Source of the DNA: Acaryochloris marina S15
GTDB lineage: Bacteria > Cyanobacteriota > Cyanobacteriia > Thermosynechococcales > Thermosynechococcaceae
DNA: 32,000 nucleotides
Reading direction: 5' to 3'
Assembly (NCBI RefSeq): GCF_018336915.1
Contig: NZ_CP064923.1
Location: 4,020,001 to 4,052,000 of the forward strand
Each line of letters starts with the position of its first letter. The stretch's first letter is position 1. Positions 11,081 through 19,233 of the stretch are shown here, piece by piece. The notes under the pieces were generated by a model, which made no database searches, was not told where the DNA came from, and saw nothing but the letters and a program-made list of their open reading frames with translations. A program made the translations under genes and the position numbers.

Positions 11081-13732
11081 TCAGGCACTGATCAGATGGT
11101 TCAAACCCTTGATATCCAGAAGTTTGGCAATTGAATCAGCACTCACAGGTTTACTCAACAAATATCCCTGGGCCATCTCACAGCCCAATTTTTGGAGCAT
11201 CTGATATTGCTCTAATGTCTCCACACCTTCCGCAATAATTTCATGATCTAGATTGTGACCCATATCAATCATGGCCCCCATGAGCGTCTCCGATTTACGG
11301 TCGACGAGCATATCATCAATAAAGTATTTATCAATTTTTAGACAATCCACCGTGAGATGTTTGAGTGAAGCAAACGATGAATACCCGGTACCAAAATCAT
11401 CAATAGCTAGGAGCACACCTAGATTTTTTAATTCTCGAAAAATAGAAAGATTCTGTTGATCGGTTTGCACCACACTCTCCGTCACCTCCAGCTCTAGTTC
11501 CGTTGGCACCATGCCTGTTTCATCCAGAACATGCTTAATCAAAGACACAAAATCCTTATCCAGAAATTGGGCAGGAGAAATATTCACGGCCATCCGAATC
11601 GCCGGCAAGCCAGCCTTTTTCCAGGCAACAGCCTGATTACAGGCTGCTTTCAAAACCCATTCCGTTAGGGGCTTCATCATCCCTATTCTTTCAGCTGTGG
11701 CAATAAATTCAGACGGTAAAACCTCACCGAGTTGGGGATGGTGCCAGCGGGACAAAGCCTCAACCCCAATAATGTTGCCGGAGCGGATCTCAACCTGGGG
11801 TTGATACACCAAGAACAATTGCTGTTTTTCGACGGCCTCCCTTAAGTTTTGCTCCACACGGAACCGATACTCTGCTTGCTCGGTTAGCTCTGGTTTATAG
11901 AAGGCATACCGATTTTTTCCTCGTTCCTTTGCCGCATAAAGGGACGTATCAGCAGCTTTAATCAAGGTTGAGAGATCTTGACCATCATCAGGATAGTGGG
12001 CAATCCCAATACTGCAAGCGGGGGTAAATTTTCTTGCCGATAACTCGATGGGTTGGGAAACCCCCTCAAGGCAACGTTGAGCAACCGAAGAGGCTGCATA
12101 GTCATCATTTACATCCGTCACCAAAATACAGAATTCATCTCCACTCAGGCGGGCGACAAAATCGATATCACGAGCGACCTGTTGCAACCGTTGGCCAATT
12201 TCCCGAAGTAATAAGTCTCCCGCATCATGCCCCAGACTGTCATTCACTCCCTTAAAGTTATCTAAATCGATATAGAGCAGACCCAAGCGAGATGCGTTGC
12301 GATCAGAACGCTTGATGGCAGCTTCAAGGCTTTGGTAAAAATGAGCACGACTCGCCAGCCCCGTTAAGCTATCGATAAACGCCAATTCTCGAATCCGTTT
12401 CTGGGCTTGGTCCCGCTCCATCACAATCCCAGCCAGCCTTGCTGCCGACTTCAGATCGTTTGACTCCGCCTCATTGGGCAAGGCGGGATGATTGTAATAC
12501 ATGCCAAATGCGCCCAATACGGTACCTGAAGAACTTTTAATCGGTTCAGACCAACAGCAACGCATGCCATGGGGCAATGCGACATGTTTGATCTTGGCCC
12601 ATTTGGGATCGGTGTCAATATTCTCAACCAGAACCCGCTGGCCGGTATAAGTCGAGGTACCACAAGAGCCAACATTTGGACCATATTCCAGGCCATGAAC
12701 TGCATCACAATAGGCTTTTGGCAGACTTGGGGCACCACCATGCATCAGTCGACCATCTTGCAATTCAAGCATTGAACATCGCAGTCCAGGATGAAGCCCT
12801 TCATAAAGCAAGGCAATTTCTTCATAGATCTGTGATGCGGGTTTCCCTGTCGCGACCATCTCCAGAATTTCAGCATTTTTGTCATCAAATGCTTCTATCT
12901 TTTTACGGGCGGTGATATCGACATGGGTGCCCACCAAACGAACAGCCCTACCATCAGACGCTCGATAAGCCAAAAATGCCCGCGAGAGCACAAACACTTC
13001 ATGCCCCGCTTTGTGCTGCATCCGCATTTCAACATCAAATGAATCTGTGTTGCTCACCAGATAGTCTTGGACCTGTTTCAAAACAGTCTCTTTATCATCA
13101 GGGTGTACGAGGTTTGCCCAAGTACTTAAATCATCAGGAAGTTCATCGTTTTCATACCCCAACATGCTTTTCCAGCGCGGTGAATAGTAGACTTCATCGG
13201 TTTCTAAGTTCCAGTCCCAAAGTCCATCATTGGCTCCGCACATCGCCAATGAAAACCGTTCTTCACTGGCTTGTAACTTTTCCTCTGACCTTTTTCTAGC
13301 GGTCACATTGCGCCCAATACCTAATACACCTATCAATTCTCCATGCTCGTCATACAAGGGATATCGACTGATTTCTAGGAGTTCGCGATGACCATCACTA
13401 GTAAAAGTTGTCCATTTTTCTAATATAGATGGGCATTCTTTCAATATGACGTCCTGGTCATGTTTTCGAGACAAATCGGCCCACTTAGCATCTACAAAAT
13501 CTTGGTCGGTTTTACCAACAATTTCTTGTTCAGGGGCATCCAAAAAATCTTCAAAACGATGATTACAGGCCAGATATACGCCATCAGAATCTTTCAACCA
13601 GATGAGATCGGGTAGATGGTTAATGATTGCTTTATAAAATCCAATTCCTTTTTCAAGGCCTGGTGGAATAATTCCTCCTGTAGAAGTCTCTGTAACGTCT
13701 ACGGCGGAAGTCGATTGGATCTCGCATTGCAT
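11081..13732 (-). CDS. Sensor protein PAS-PAS-GAF-GGDEF-EAL (c-di-GMP turnover)
   Basis: 883-aa ORF. It has two PAS modules (WLKDSDGVYLACN; WDWNLETDEVYYSPRWKSMLGY), a GAF domain (CWSEPIKSSSGTVLGAFGMYY), a GGDEF domain with the SGDEF variant preceded by RDID at I-site spacing, and EAL-domain motifs (EALSRW, DDFGTGYSS, KIDKYF, EGVE). Confidence 0.9.
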   Translation of the reverse strand: MQCEIQSTSAVDVTETSTGGIIPPGLEKGIGFYKAIINHLPDLIWLKDSDGVYLACNHRFEDFLDAPEQEIVGKTDQDFVDAKWADLSRKHDQDVILKECPSILEKWTTFTSDGHRELLEISRYPLYDEHGELIGVLGIGRNVTARKRSEEKLQASEERFSLAMCGANDGLWDWNLETDEVYYSPRWKSMLGYENDELPDDLSTWANLVHPDDKETVLKQVQDYLVSNTDSFDVEMRMQHKAGHEVFVLSRAFLAYRASDGRAVRLVGTHVDITARKKIEAFDDKNAEILEMVATGKPASQIYEEIALLYEGLHPGLRCSMLELQDGRLMHGGAPSLPKAYCDAVHGLEYGPNVGSCGTSTYTGQRVLVENIDTDPKWAKIKHVALPHGMRCCWSEPIKSSSGTVLGAFGMYYNHPALPNEAESNDLKSAARLAGIVMERDQAQKRIRELAFIDSLTGLASRAHFYQSLEAAIKRSDRNASRLGLLYIDLDNFKGVNDSLGHDAGDLLLREIGQRLQQVARDIDFVARLSGDEFCILVTDVNDDYAASSVAQRCLEGVSQPIELSARKFTPACSIGIAHYPDDGQDLSTLIKAADTSLYAAKERGKNRYAFYKPELTEQAEYRFRVEQNLREAVEKQQLFLVYQPQVEIRSGNIIGVEALSRWHHPQLGEVLPSEFIATAERIGMMKPLTEWVLKAACNQAVAWKKAGLPAIRMAVNISPAQFLDKDFVSLIKHVLDETGMVPTELELEVTESVVQTDQQNLSIFRELKNLGVLLAIDDFGTGYSSFASLKHLTVDCLKIDKYFIDDMLVDRKSETLMGAMIDMGHNLDHEIIAEGVETLEQYQMLQKLGCEMAQGYLLSKPVSADSIAKLLDIKGLNHLISA

Positions 13733-14098
13733 GACAAATGACTATGAGGACTAGGGTAAACACATTTTCCTATTCTCATAATAAATTTTGACATCAGAAT
13801 TAGAATCCGTATTTTGACGGAATTATTGTCCTGAGAAAATATCAGCCTCGAATCAAAATCTCTTCACAAAAATACTTATATAACGATCAAATCTATTATT
13901 TACAGCTTTTATAACCATAAGAACTCATTGCTAGAATTTATACCTTAAAAAGCAACTATTTAATTTTTTTTACTTCTCCATTAATCTTATTTATTTCCAT
14001 GTCAGCCTCTTAATGGAGACGCATCTAGACTCAGTATGAATTCAACGCAGCCAGGAGCTATATTTTTTTTAATAACAGCAATATTCAACAAAAAAAAT

Positions 14099-15271
14099 TC
14101 ACAAAAAAGGGAATGCTTGCCTAATTTCGGTTTCAGTTAAACCAAATTGCTCAATTGAGTAACGGTGCACGCCATGTTTTGTCTGAGGATTAGCATCTAG
14201 CCAATTCACCATATTTTGCTCTGTAGATGAGTCTAGAGAATCATTGAAAAAATTATAAATTCTGTGAACGGTCTGGATCGGATCTTGAATAAGATCAGGA
14301 TAGTTGACATCACAAATCAATGTAGACGGCGTTTGACGACGATATTGATGCCCTTTCTCATAACCATAGGACAAAGCTTCTAGCCAGTATTTCCCGATGG
14401 CTGACCTATCAACTTGTTCGGTATAGATATTGCGGACAAGCGTTGCCAGACTACAGATGGATGGGACTACGGAGCAAGGATCTCGGTGGGTTTGAATAAT
14501 GCAAGCATCTGGAAAAACTTGCGTCAGAGATTCTAGATAAGTGAGATGGGCTGGGGCTTTCAATAGCCATCGACCTGGCCAATGCCAGCTTAATAGTTGT
14601 AACTGCTGTCGATAGTAGTGATATTGCGATCGCAGGGTCTGAGTCCGTAACCAGTCTCGATAGCTGGGCACATGGGCTCTCAGCTCATAAAGCAAGGTTG
14701 AAAAAGCATGCTCAAACAGCTGATTCCCTTCTTCCGGCAGCTGTGCTTGGAGATGGTGGGTGGTAGAGAAGACAGGCGAAAGAGCCTGGTATTGGCGAGC
14801 CATCTTTTCAGCAGCCTGGATGCGGGGATCTGGATCGCTAGCATTCTGTTCAGGTGGAGGACAAGGCTGTAATAATTCCCAGAGTCGCAACCAGCGAAAC
14901 CGCGAGTCTTGGGCCAGCAGCCTGTGAAGAAAAGTGGTTCCCGTTCGAGGCAATCCGGTAATCACCAAGGGACGCCGGATAGGAACCTCAAGAATCTCAG
15001 GATGACGTTTCAAGGTCGCTTGAATTTGCAAGCGATTGATGAGTAAGCGACCCAAGTCTGCCCATAGAAACAATCTACCGACTAAACTCAAGTCCGCTTC
15101 TGCGTTCAAAGCCGTTATTAATACTTTGAACCCAACGCGAAACGAGTCATCCCCCCAGTCCGTCAGTTGGGTCTGTTTTTGAGCGGTAGCGAGTAAGGCC
15201 TCCTCATTCAATTGCACAGACTGAATGCCAATCGTCTGAAGTCGCCGCCCTCCCCAATTGATCCAATCCAT
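14099..15271 (-). CDS. Sulfotransferase family protein (PAPS-dependent)
   Basis: 390-aa ORF. The 5'-phosphosulfate-binding loop motif ITGLPRTGTTFLHRLL matches the PxxGTT(F/L) type of cytosolic-type sulfotransferases. Confidence 0.72.
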   Translation of the reverse strand: MDWINWGGRRLQTIGIQSVQLNEEALLATAQKQTQLTDWGDDSFRVGFKVLITALNAEADLSLVGRLFLWADLGRLLINRLQIQATLKRHPEILEVPIRRPLVITGLPRTGTTFLHRLLAQDSRFRWLRLWELLQPCPPPEQNASDPDPRIQAAEKMARQYQALSPVFSTTHHLQAQLPEEGNQLFEHAFSTLLYELRAHVPSYRDWLRTQTLRSQYHYYRQQLQLLSWHWPGRWLLKAPAHLTYLESLTQVFPDACIIQTHRDPCSVVPSICSLATLVRNIYTEQVDRSAIGKYWLEALSYGYEKGHQYRRQTPSTLICDVNYPDLIQDPIQTVHRIYNFFNDSLDSSTEQNMVNWLDANPQTKHGVHRYSIEQFGLTETEIRQAFPFL

Positions 15272-15308
15272 CCATCGGGGATGTTGGTCGTTATTTACCG
15301 TCAGCTGT

Positions 15309-15317
15309 GCAGAATGC
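15309..15317. repeat. Target-site duplication, left copy (GCAGAATGC)
   Basis: A 9-bp direct repeat identical to 16750..16758 directly abuts the IS inverted repeat. Confidence 0.8.
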
Positions 15318-16749
15318 CAGCAATTGTAAATTCAATATTTCATGAGGTATCGGCTGCTATTCGAGGCTCTGGATCATCCAACATAAACTGGAGCAAATGC
15401 TCCCAACTCTCAAAGAGCAAGTATTTGGTCAAAGTCTGAATATCGTGAAAAAAGCCTTGTCGGGTTCCCCGTTGCTTTCGCATGCGTTGATAAGTGGAGT
15501 CCACCAAGTGCAAGACGGTATGAAATAAGAATGCCAACAGGTTGAGTACCAATAGCACAGCAGCAAGGTTCTTCTGACCATGACCAAAATTATGTTCTAA
15601 GTGATAGCCCTTGGTTTTGAGGACATTGTGTCCTTCATTCTCCGCTTTCCATCGGGCACGTCCAGCACTGACAATCTCGGCCACACTTTGGTCATTGATG
15701 AAATGGTGAGTAATGAACGCGTTGTGATACATAGTCTTTCCATCAGCAGCACGAGTAACAGAGACTTCGCACCAGTTGACCATCACTGCTGGTAGCTCCT
15801 CACGCAGGGGGATGCGATTGTAATAGCGATACTGACAAATTTCATGATAGCGACCGTTCCAGCCCCGAGTCTCTAGATGCTCAACATCTCCAATACCTTC
15901 TAAATACTCTACCCATTCATATAGCTCTGGATGGGAGGAGGGCAAACAGACAAAAATGAAGTTCAACTCATCCTCTAAACAAGTCTCCACCATCGGTTGA
16001 CGGCTATAGAGGTCATCGCCAAGAACCGTAATCTTGGCTCCGTCAAACCCTTGAGCATGCCCCTTGATCCACCGTTTGGCCGCAGCGGTTTCACTATCCT
16101 GTTTCTCCGCACCATCTTGAGGACGAATGAACTCTGGGGCCAGAGAAATGACATGTTCAATTTCCGGACAAACGAGGACGGGCAACACGGCGGTGTGCGT
16201 ATAGGTGACACTCCCATCCCGATGGGTTTTGGTAGAACACTGATCGCAACAAATCCGGTTTGAGGAAAAATACTCGCTGCCGTCTAGCCCTACCAACAGG
16301 TGTCCACCTAGAACCTTATATTGCTCTAGATAACCTCGTCGTAGGAGAACGCTATAAATTTGATAAAAAATGGGAAACAGAAGACGAAATGCGATCAAGT
16401 CCAAAACATTCTTGATTTGGTTGCTCGTGGGGAGTTCTGTTAACTCAAAGAGGGCTTGGGCGTTGTCACGACCATGACGACTATGAACATGGCGTTGGTA
16501 CTCCAGAAACGAAGGACATTGCATAAAGAAGACAGCAAATGCGCCTAATACAATATCTTTGAGACTAAATTTGGTGCCATTACTGGGTTGACGTGGATCA
16601 TCGAGGTGCTCAATGAGCTGATGTAGCCAGTGCAGTAAGAGAGGGAAATTTAGAACACCTTCATTCATCGTCTGGGGCTCTGCAAGTGTATGAATACATC
16701 CTCAACGACTACAACCTAGCTTGCCAAAATTTTGAATTTACAATTGCTG
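15318..16749 (-). mobile_element. Insertion sequence, 1,432 bp, single DDE transposase (IS4/ISAs1-like)
   Basis: Terminal inverted repeats: CAGCAATTGTAAATTCAATATTT (15318..15340) versus the reverse complement of 16727..16749, CAGCAATTGTAAATTCAAAATTT (22/23 identical). They are flanked by a perfect 9-bp direct repeat, GCAGAATGC. The element contains one intact 442-aa ORF. Confidence 0.88.
15340..16668 (-). CDS. DDE transposase (IS4/ISAs1-like)
   Basis: 442-aa intact ORF inside the IS. Candidate catalytic residues lie in LVGLDGSEYFSS, VLGDDLYS and the C-terminal RWKAENEGHNVLK (Y/RxxxE-K-like) motif. The N-terminal LDDPRQ...SLKDIVLGAF resembles the DDE_Tnp_1-associated region. The stop codon overlaps the last base of the left inverted repeat. 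Confidence 0.85.
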   Translation of the reverse strand: MNEGVLNFPLLLHWLHQLIEHLDDPRQPSNGTKFSLKDIVLGAFAVFFMQCPSFLEYQRHVHSRHGRDNAQALFELTELPTSNQIKNVLDLIAFRLLFPIFYQIYSVLLRRGYLEQYKVLGGHLLVGLDGSEYFSSNRICCDQCSTKTHRDGSVTYTHTAVLPVLVCPEIEHVISLAPEFIRPQDGAEKQDSETAAAKRWIKGHAQGFDGAKITVLGDDLYSRQPMVETCLEDELNFIFVCLPSSHPELYEWVEYLEGIGDVEHLETRGWNGRYHEICQYRYYNRIPLREELPAVMVNWCEVSVTRAADGKTMYHNAFITHHFINDQSVAEIVSAGRARWKAENEGHNVLKTKGYHLEHNFGHGQKNLAAVLLVLNLLAFLFHTVLHLVDSTYQRMRKQRGTRQGFFHDIQTLTKYLLFESWEHLLQFMLDDPEPRIAADTS

Positions 16750-16758
16750 GCAGAATGC
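16750..16758. repeat. Target-site duplication, right copy (GCAGAATGC)
   Basis: Identical to 15309..15317 and directly abuts the right inverted repeat. Confidence 0.8.
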
Positions 16759-17083
16759 TGTTGCATTATCACTTTTGGCTAACTGCTGCTAGCCATCCTT
16801 ACCGTCATTGATCAGGACATCATGCTAGACATGAAAAATTCGATGCCGTTGAATGGGAATCACACCCTAATTTCCGGCCTCTATTGGATATTGAGGCCGG
16901 AAATAAAGCAAGCGTATTACTGTTGATGGTCTATTCTCAATTTTCATCGATTGCGACTCGATAAAACTCGGAAATTGGCAGATATGAATCGATCTTAAAC
17001 CAATAGGATGGCGGCTCTGTTCCAGTCTATTTTGGGGTAGCTATGATGGTGGAGTTAAAGTTTGCAGTCTCGCCGCCACATTT

Positions 17084-19147
17084 ATGAGCACTTTTCTGGA
17101 TCTCACCCAGTTGTCAGCCACATCCCTTGCTCAACTAGATCAAGCCCAGCATTCACGTCAGAAAGTGGCCCATCATCTGGAAGCCATGGCAAACACCTTG
17201 TCCACGGCGGAAACAGAAGGGGCCACCGCTTCAGGACCGTTAAGTTTAGCCCCGCAAGTGGAGACCCTTCGCAGTGTGGCGGACAACCTCCAGCAAGGGA
17301 TTTTTCGGTTGGTGGTGTTAGGTGATTTGAAACGGGGGAAAAGTACGCTCTTAAATTCACTATTAGGGGAGCGATTATTGCCTAGCGATGTCAATCCCTG
17401 TACAGCAGTGTTGACGGTGCTCAAATATGGTCCCCAAAAGCAAGTCACCATCCACCATCTTGATGATTCGCCACCGGAGCAGATTGCTTTAGAGGACTTT
17501 AAGCAGATCTACACTATTGACCCTGAAGAGGCCAAAGCTTTGGCTTCTAAGGACCAGGCTGCTTTTCCCAATGTTAGTCATGCCGAGATTGAATATCCCC
17601 TTCCCTTGTTACAACAAGGTCTAGAGCTGATTGACACCCCAGGATTGAATGATACGGAAGCTCGTAATCAGCTCGTCTTCAATTTTTTGCAGGATTGCCA
17701 TGCCGTGCTGTTTGTCATGGATGCGACTCAACCCTGCACGTTGGATGAGCGACGGTATTTGCAAAATACCCTGAAGGATCGGGGCATCACCATCTTTTTC
17801 TTGATTAATGCCTGGGATAAAGTTCAAAGCAATTTGATTAATCCTGACGATAGTGAGGCACTTGCCTCAGCAGAAGATCGGCTCCGAGGAGTTTTTCACA
17901 CTCATTTGGCAGACTATTGCCCCCATCAATATGATCAGCGGGTCTTTGAGGTCTCGGGACTAAAGGCGTTGCGTTCTCAACTTCAAAACGACCCCGAAGC
18001 CCTAGCCCAGTCAGGCGTGCCAGCCTTTCTAGACAGTTTGTTCAAATTTCTTTCCCAGGATCGAATCCAGTCAGAGCTAGACTATGCCCTACACAAAGCT
18101 CAAATGACCCATAAACAAGTTTGGGCTGCGGTATCTCGCCGTTTACCCTTACTGGATGAAGACCTCGATCTCTTGAAGGAAAAACTGGTCTCAGTCCAGT
18201 CCGATTTCGAGCAACTGCAATCCATTCGGGATGACTTTCAAACGAAGATTCGCCAAACTCGCGATCAGGAATCCCAGGCCATCGCTGATTCCTTTAAGAC
18301 TTATATTCTCAACCTAGAAATCACCTTTGACGAAGATTTCGTAGCCGCTCAACCGGATTTGGAGTTTCTGGAGTTTCTAGATAAGAATAATCGAGCGGTG
18401 TTTTACACCTCCTTTAAGCGGGCCTTTGAACGCTATATGAATGATCGCTTGGCAGCTTGGGAATTTATCGCCAAACAGGACATTAGCCGGGCCTTTTCTG
18501 AACTCAATGAAGCCGCTGACGAATATCGGGTGGCCTATGAACAGGTCGTGGAGGTGATGAATGACAAACTATTGGGAAATCGCTTTTATGCAGCGGGGCA
18601 TCGCTATGACCCCAAGGAAGTCCAGCTCTGGGCCGATATTCTCAAGGATGTGTTCGAGGCGATTCCTGGCAATATGAATGGTGCCGTTGGCCAGTTCAAC
18701 ATGTTTTGGCAAAGCGTGATGCAAACCGCCCTACTTGTGATTATCTTACAGGTCATCGGCTTGGTATTTTCATCCCTATTTTTGAATATCTTCGCTGTGT
18801 TGTTAGTAGGAACCGGCGTTTTTGTTGGGCAAGCAGAATATGTCCGTCAGGAGTTCCTCAAAGCAACCCGTACGGAATTTGCCAAATACCTCCCCCAAAT
18901 TGCCAATGAGCAATGGGAACCCATTCATCAATCCGTGCAACGGTGCTTCGAAACCTATGAGGTAAAAGTAATTGAGCGGATTAATCAAGATATTGCCAGT
19001 CGGCAAGGAGAACTGAATAATCTTGTCGCCCAGAAAGAATCGCATTCTATCCAGGTGGAGCAAGAAAGTCAGCGACTGCAAACCTTAGAAAAATCTCTGG
19101 CAGAGATGGTTCAAGAAATGGAAGGAGACTGTCAGCTTAAGAATTGA
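17084..19147 (+). CDS. Bacterial dynamin-like protein (BDLP-type large GTPase)
   Basis: 687-aa ORF. It has a P-loop at VVLGDLKRGKSTLLNSLLG (17321..17344 encodes GDLKRGKS), a G3 motif IDTPGLND, and INAWD where G4 is expected. A long helical stalk follows, then a hydrophobic hairpin (FWQSVMQTALLVIILQVIGLVFSSLFLNIFAVLLVGTGVFVG, about nt 18700-18835) at the position of the BDLP membrane paddle. Confidence 0.85.
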   Translation: MSTFLDLTQLSATSLAQLDQAQHSRQKVAHHLEAMANTLSTAETEGATASGPLSLAPQVETLRSVADNLQQGIFRLVVLGDLKRGKSTLLNSLLGERLLPSDVNPCTAVLTVLKYGPQKQVTIHHLDDSPPEQIALEDFKQIYTIDPEEAKALASKDQAAFPNVSHAEIEYPLPLLQQGLELIDTPGLNDTEARNQLVFNFLQDCHAVLFVMDATQPCTLDERRYLQNTLKDRGITIFFLINAWDKVQSNLINPDDSEALASAEDRLRGVFHTHLADYCPHQYDQRVFEVSGLKALRSQLQNDPEALAQSGVPAFLDSLFKFLSQDRIQSELDYALHKAQMTHKQVWAAVSRRLPLLDEDLDLLKEKLVSVQSDFEQLQSIRDDFQTKIRQTRDQESQAIADSFKTYILNLEITFDEDFVAAQPDLEFLEFLDKNNRAVFYTSFKRAFERYMNDRLAAWEFIAKQDISRAFSELNEAADEYRVAYEQVVEVMNDKLLGNRFYAAGHRYDPKEVQLWADILKDVFEAIPGNMNGAVGQFNMFWQSVMQTALLVIILQVIGLVFSSLFLNIFAVLLVGTGVFVGQAEYVRQEFLKATRTEFAKYLPQIANEQWEPIHQSVQRCFETYEVKVIERINQDIASRQGELNNLVAQKESHSIQVEQESQRLQTLEKSLAEMVQEMEGDCQLKN

Positions 19148-19182
19148 TGCTCTTCATGTAAGGAGCATCTTGCTGATTGATA

Positions 19183-19222
19183 AGCCCATATCTCTGACCG
19201 ATATACATCAGGGATATGGGCT
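19183..19222. terminator. Long hairpin between convergent BDLP and aminotransferase genes
   Basis: AGCCCATATC (19183..19192) pairs with GATATGGGCT (19213..19222). The stem extends inward through a U-G pair and CTG/CAG. It lies 11 nt past the aminotransferase stop and 36 nt past the BDLP stop. There is no strong U-tract, so terminator function is inferred from position only. Confidence 0.35.
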
Positions 19223-19233
19223 ATCACGCTGGA

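Noticed and set aside
15295-16807. 9-mer TTACCGTCA present in both flanks of the IS (15295-15303 and 16799-16807)
   Set aside because: The copies lie outside the clean inverted-repeat and target-duplication junctions and sit at asymmetric distances from the ends. This is most likely coincidence.
16870-16904. Perfect 12-bp GC-rich hairpin (ATTTCCGGCCTC-11 nt-GAGGCCGGAAAT) between the IS and the dynamin-like gene
   Set aside because: The structure is real in the sequence, but there is no U-tract on either strand and no upstream gene to terminate. I could not assign a function, so it is not called as a terminator. It might be worth a look if RNA 3' ends or a TSS map there.
16829-16933. 34-codon plus-strand ORF (MLDMKNSMPLNGNH...) that contains the 16870 hairpin
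   Set aside because: It is short, has no translation signals, and its sequence is dominated by the hairpin arms. It is probably non-coding.
17062-17451. Short ORFs overlapping the 5' end of the dynamin-like gene on both strands
   Set aside because: They overlap a well-supported large GTPase ORF. Their composition (Ser/Pro/Gly/Arg-rich) is typical of off-frame translation.
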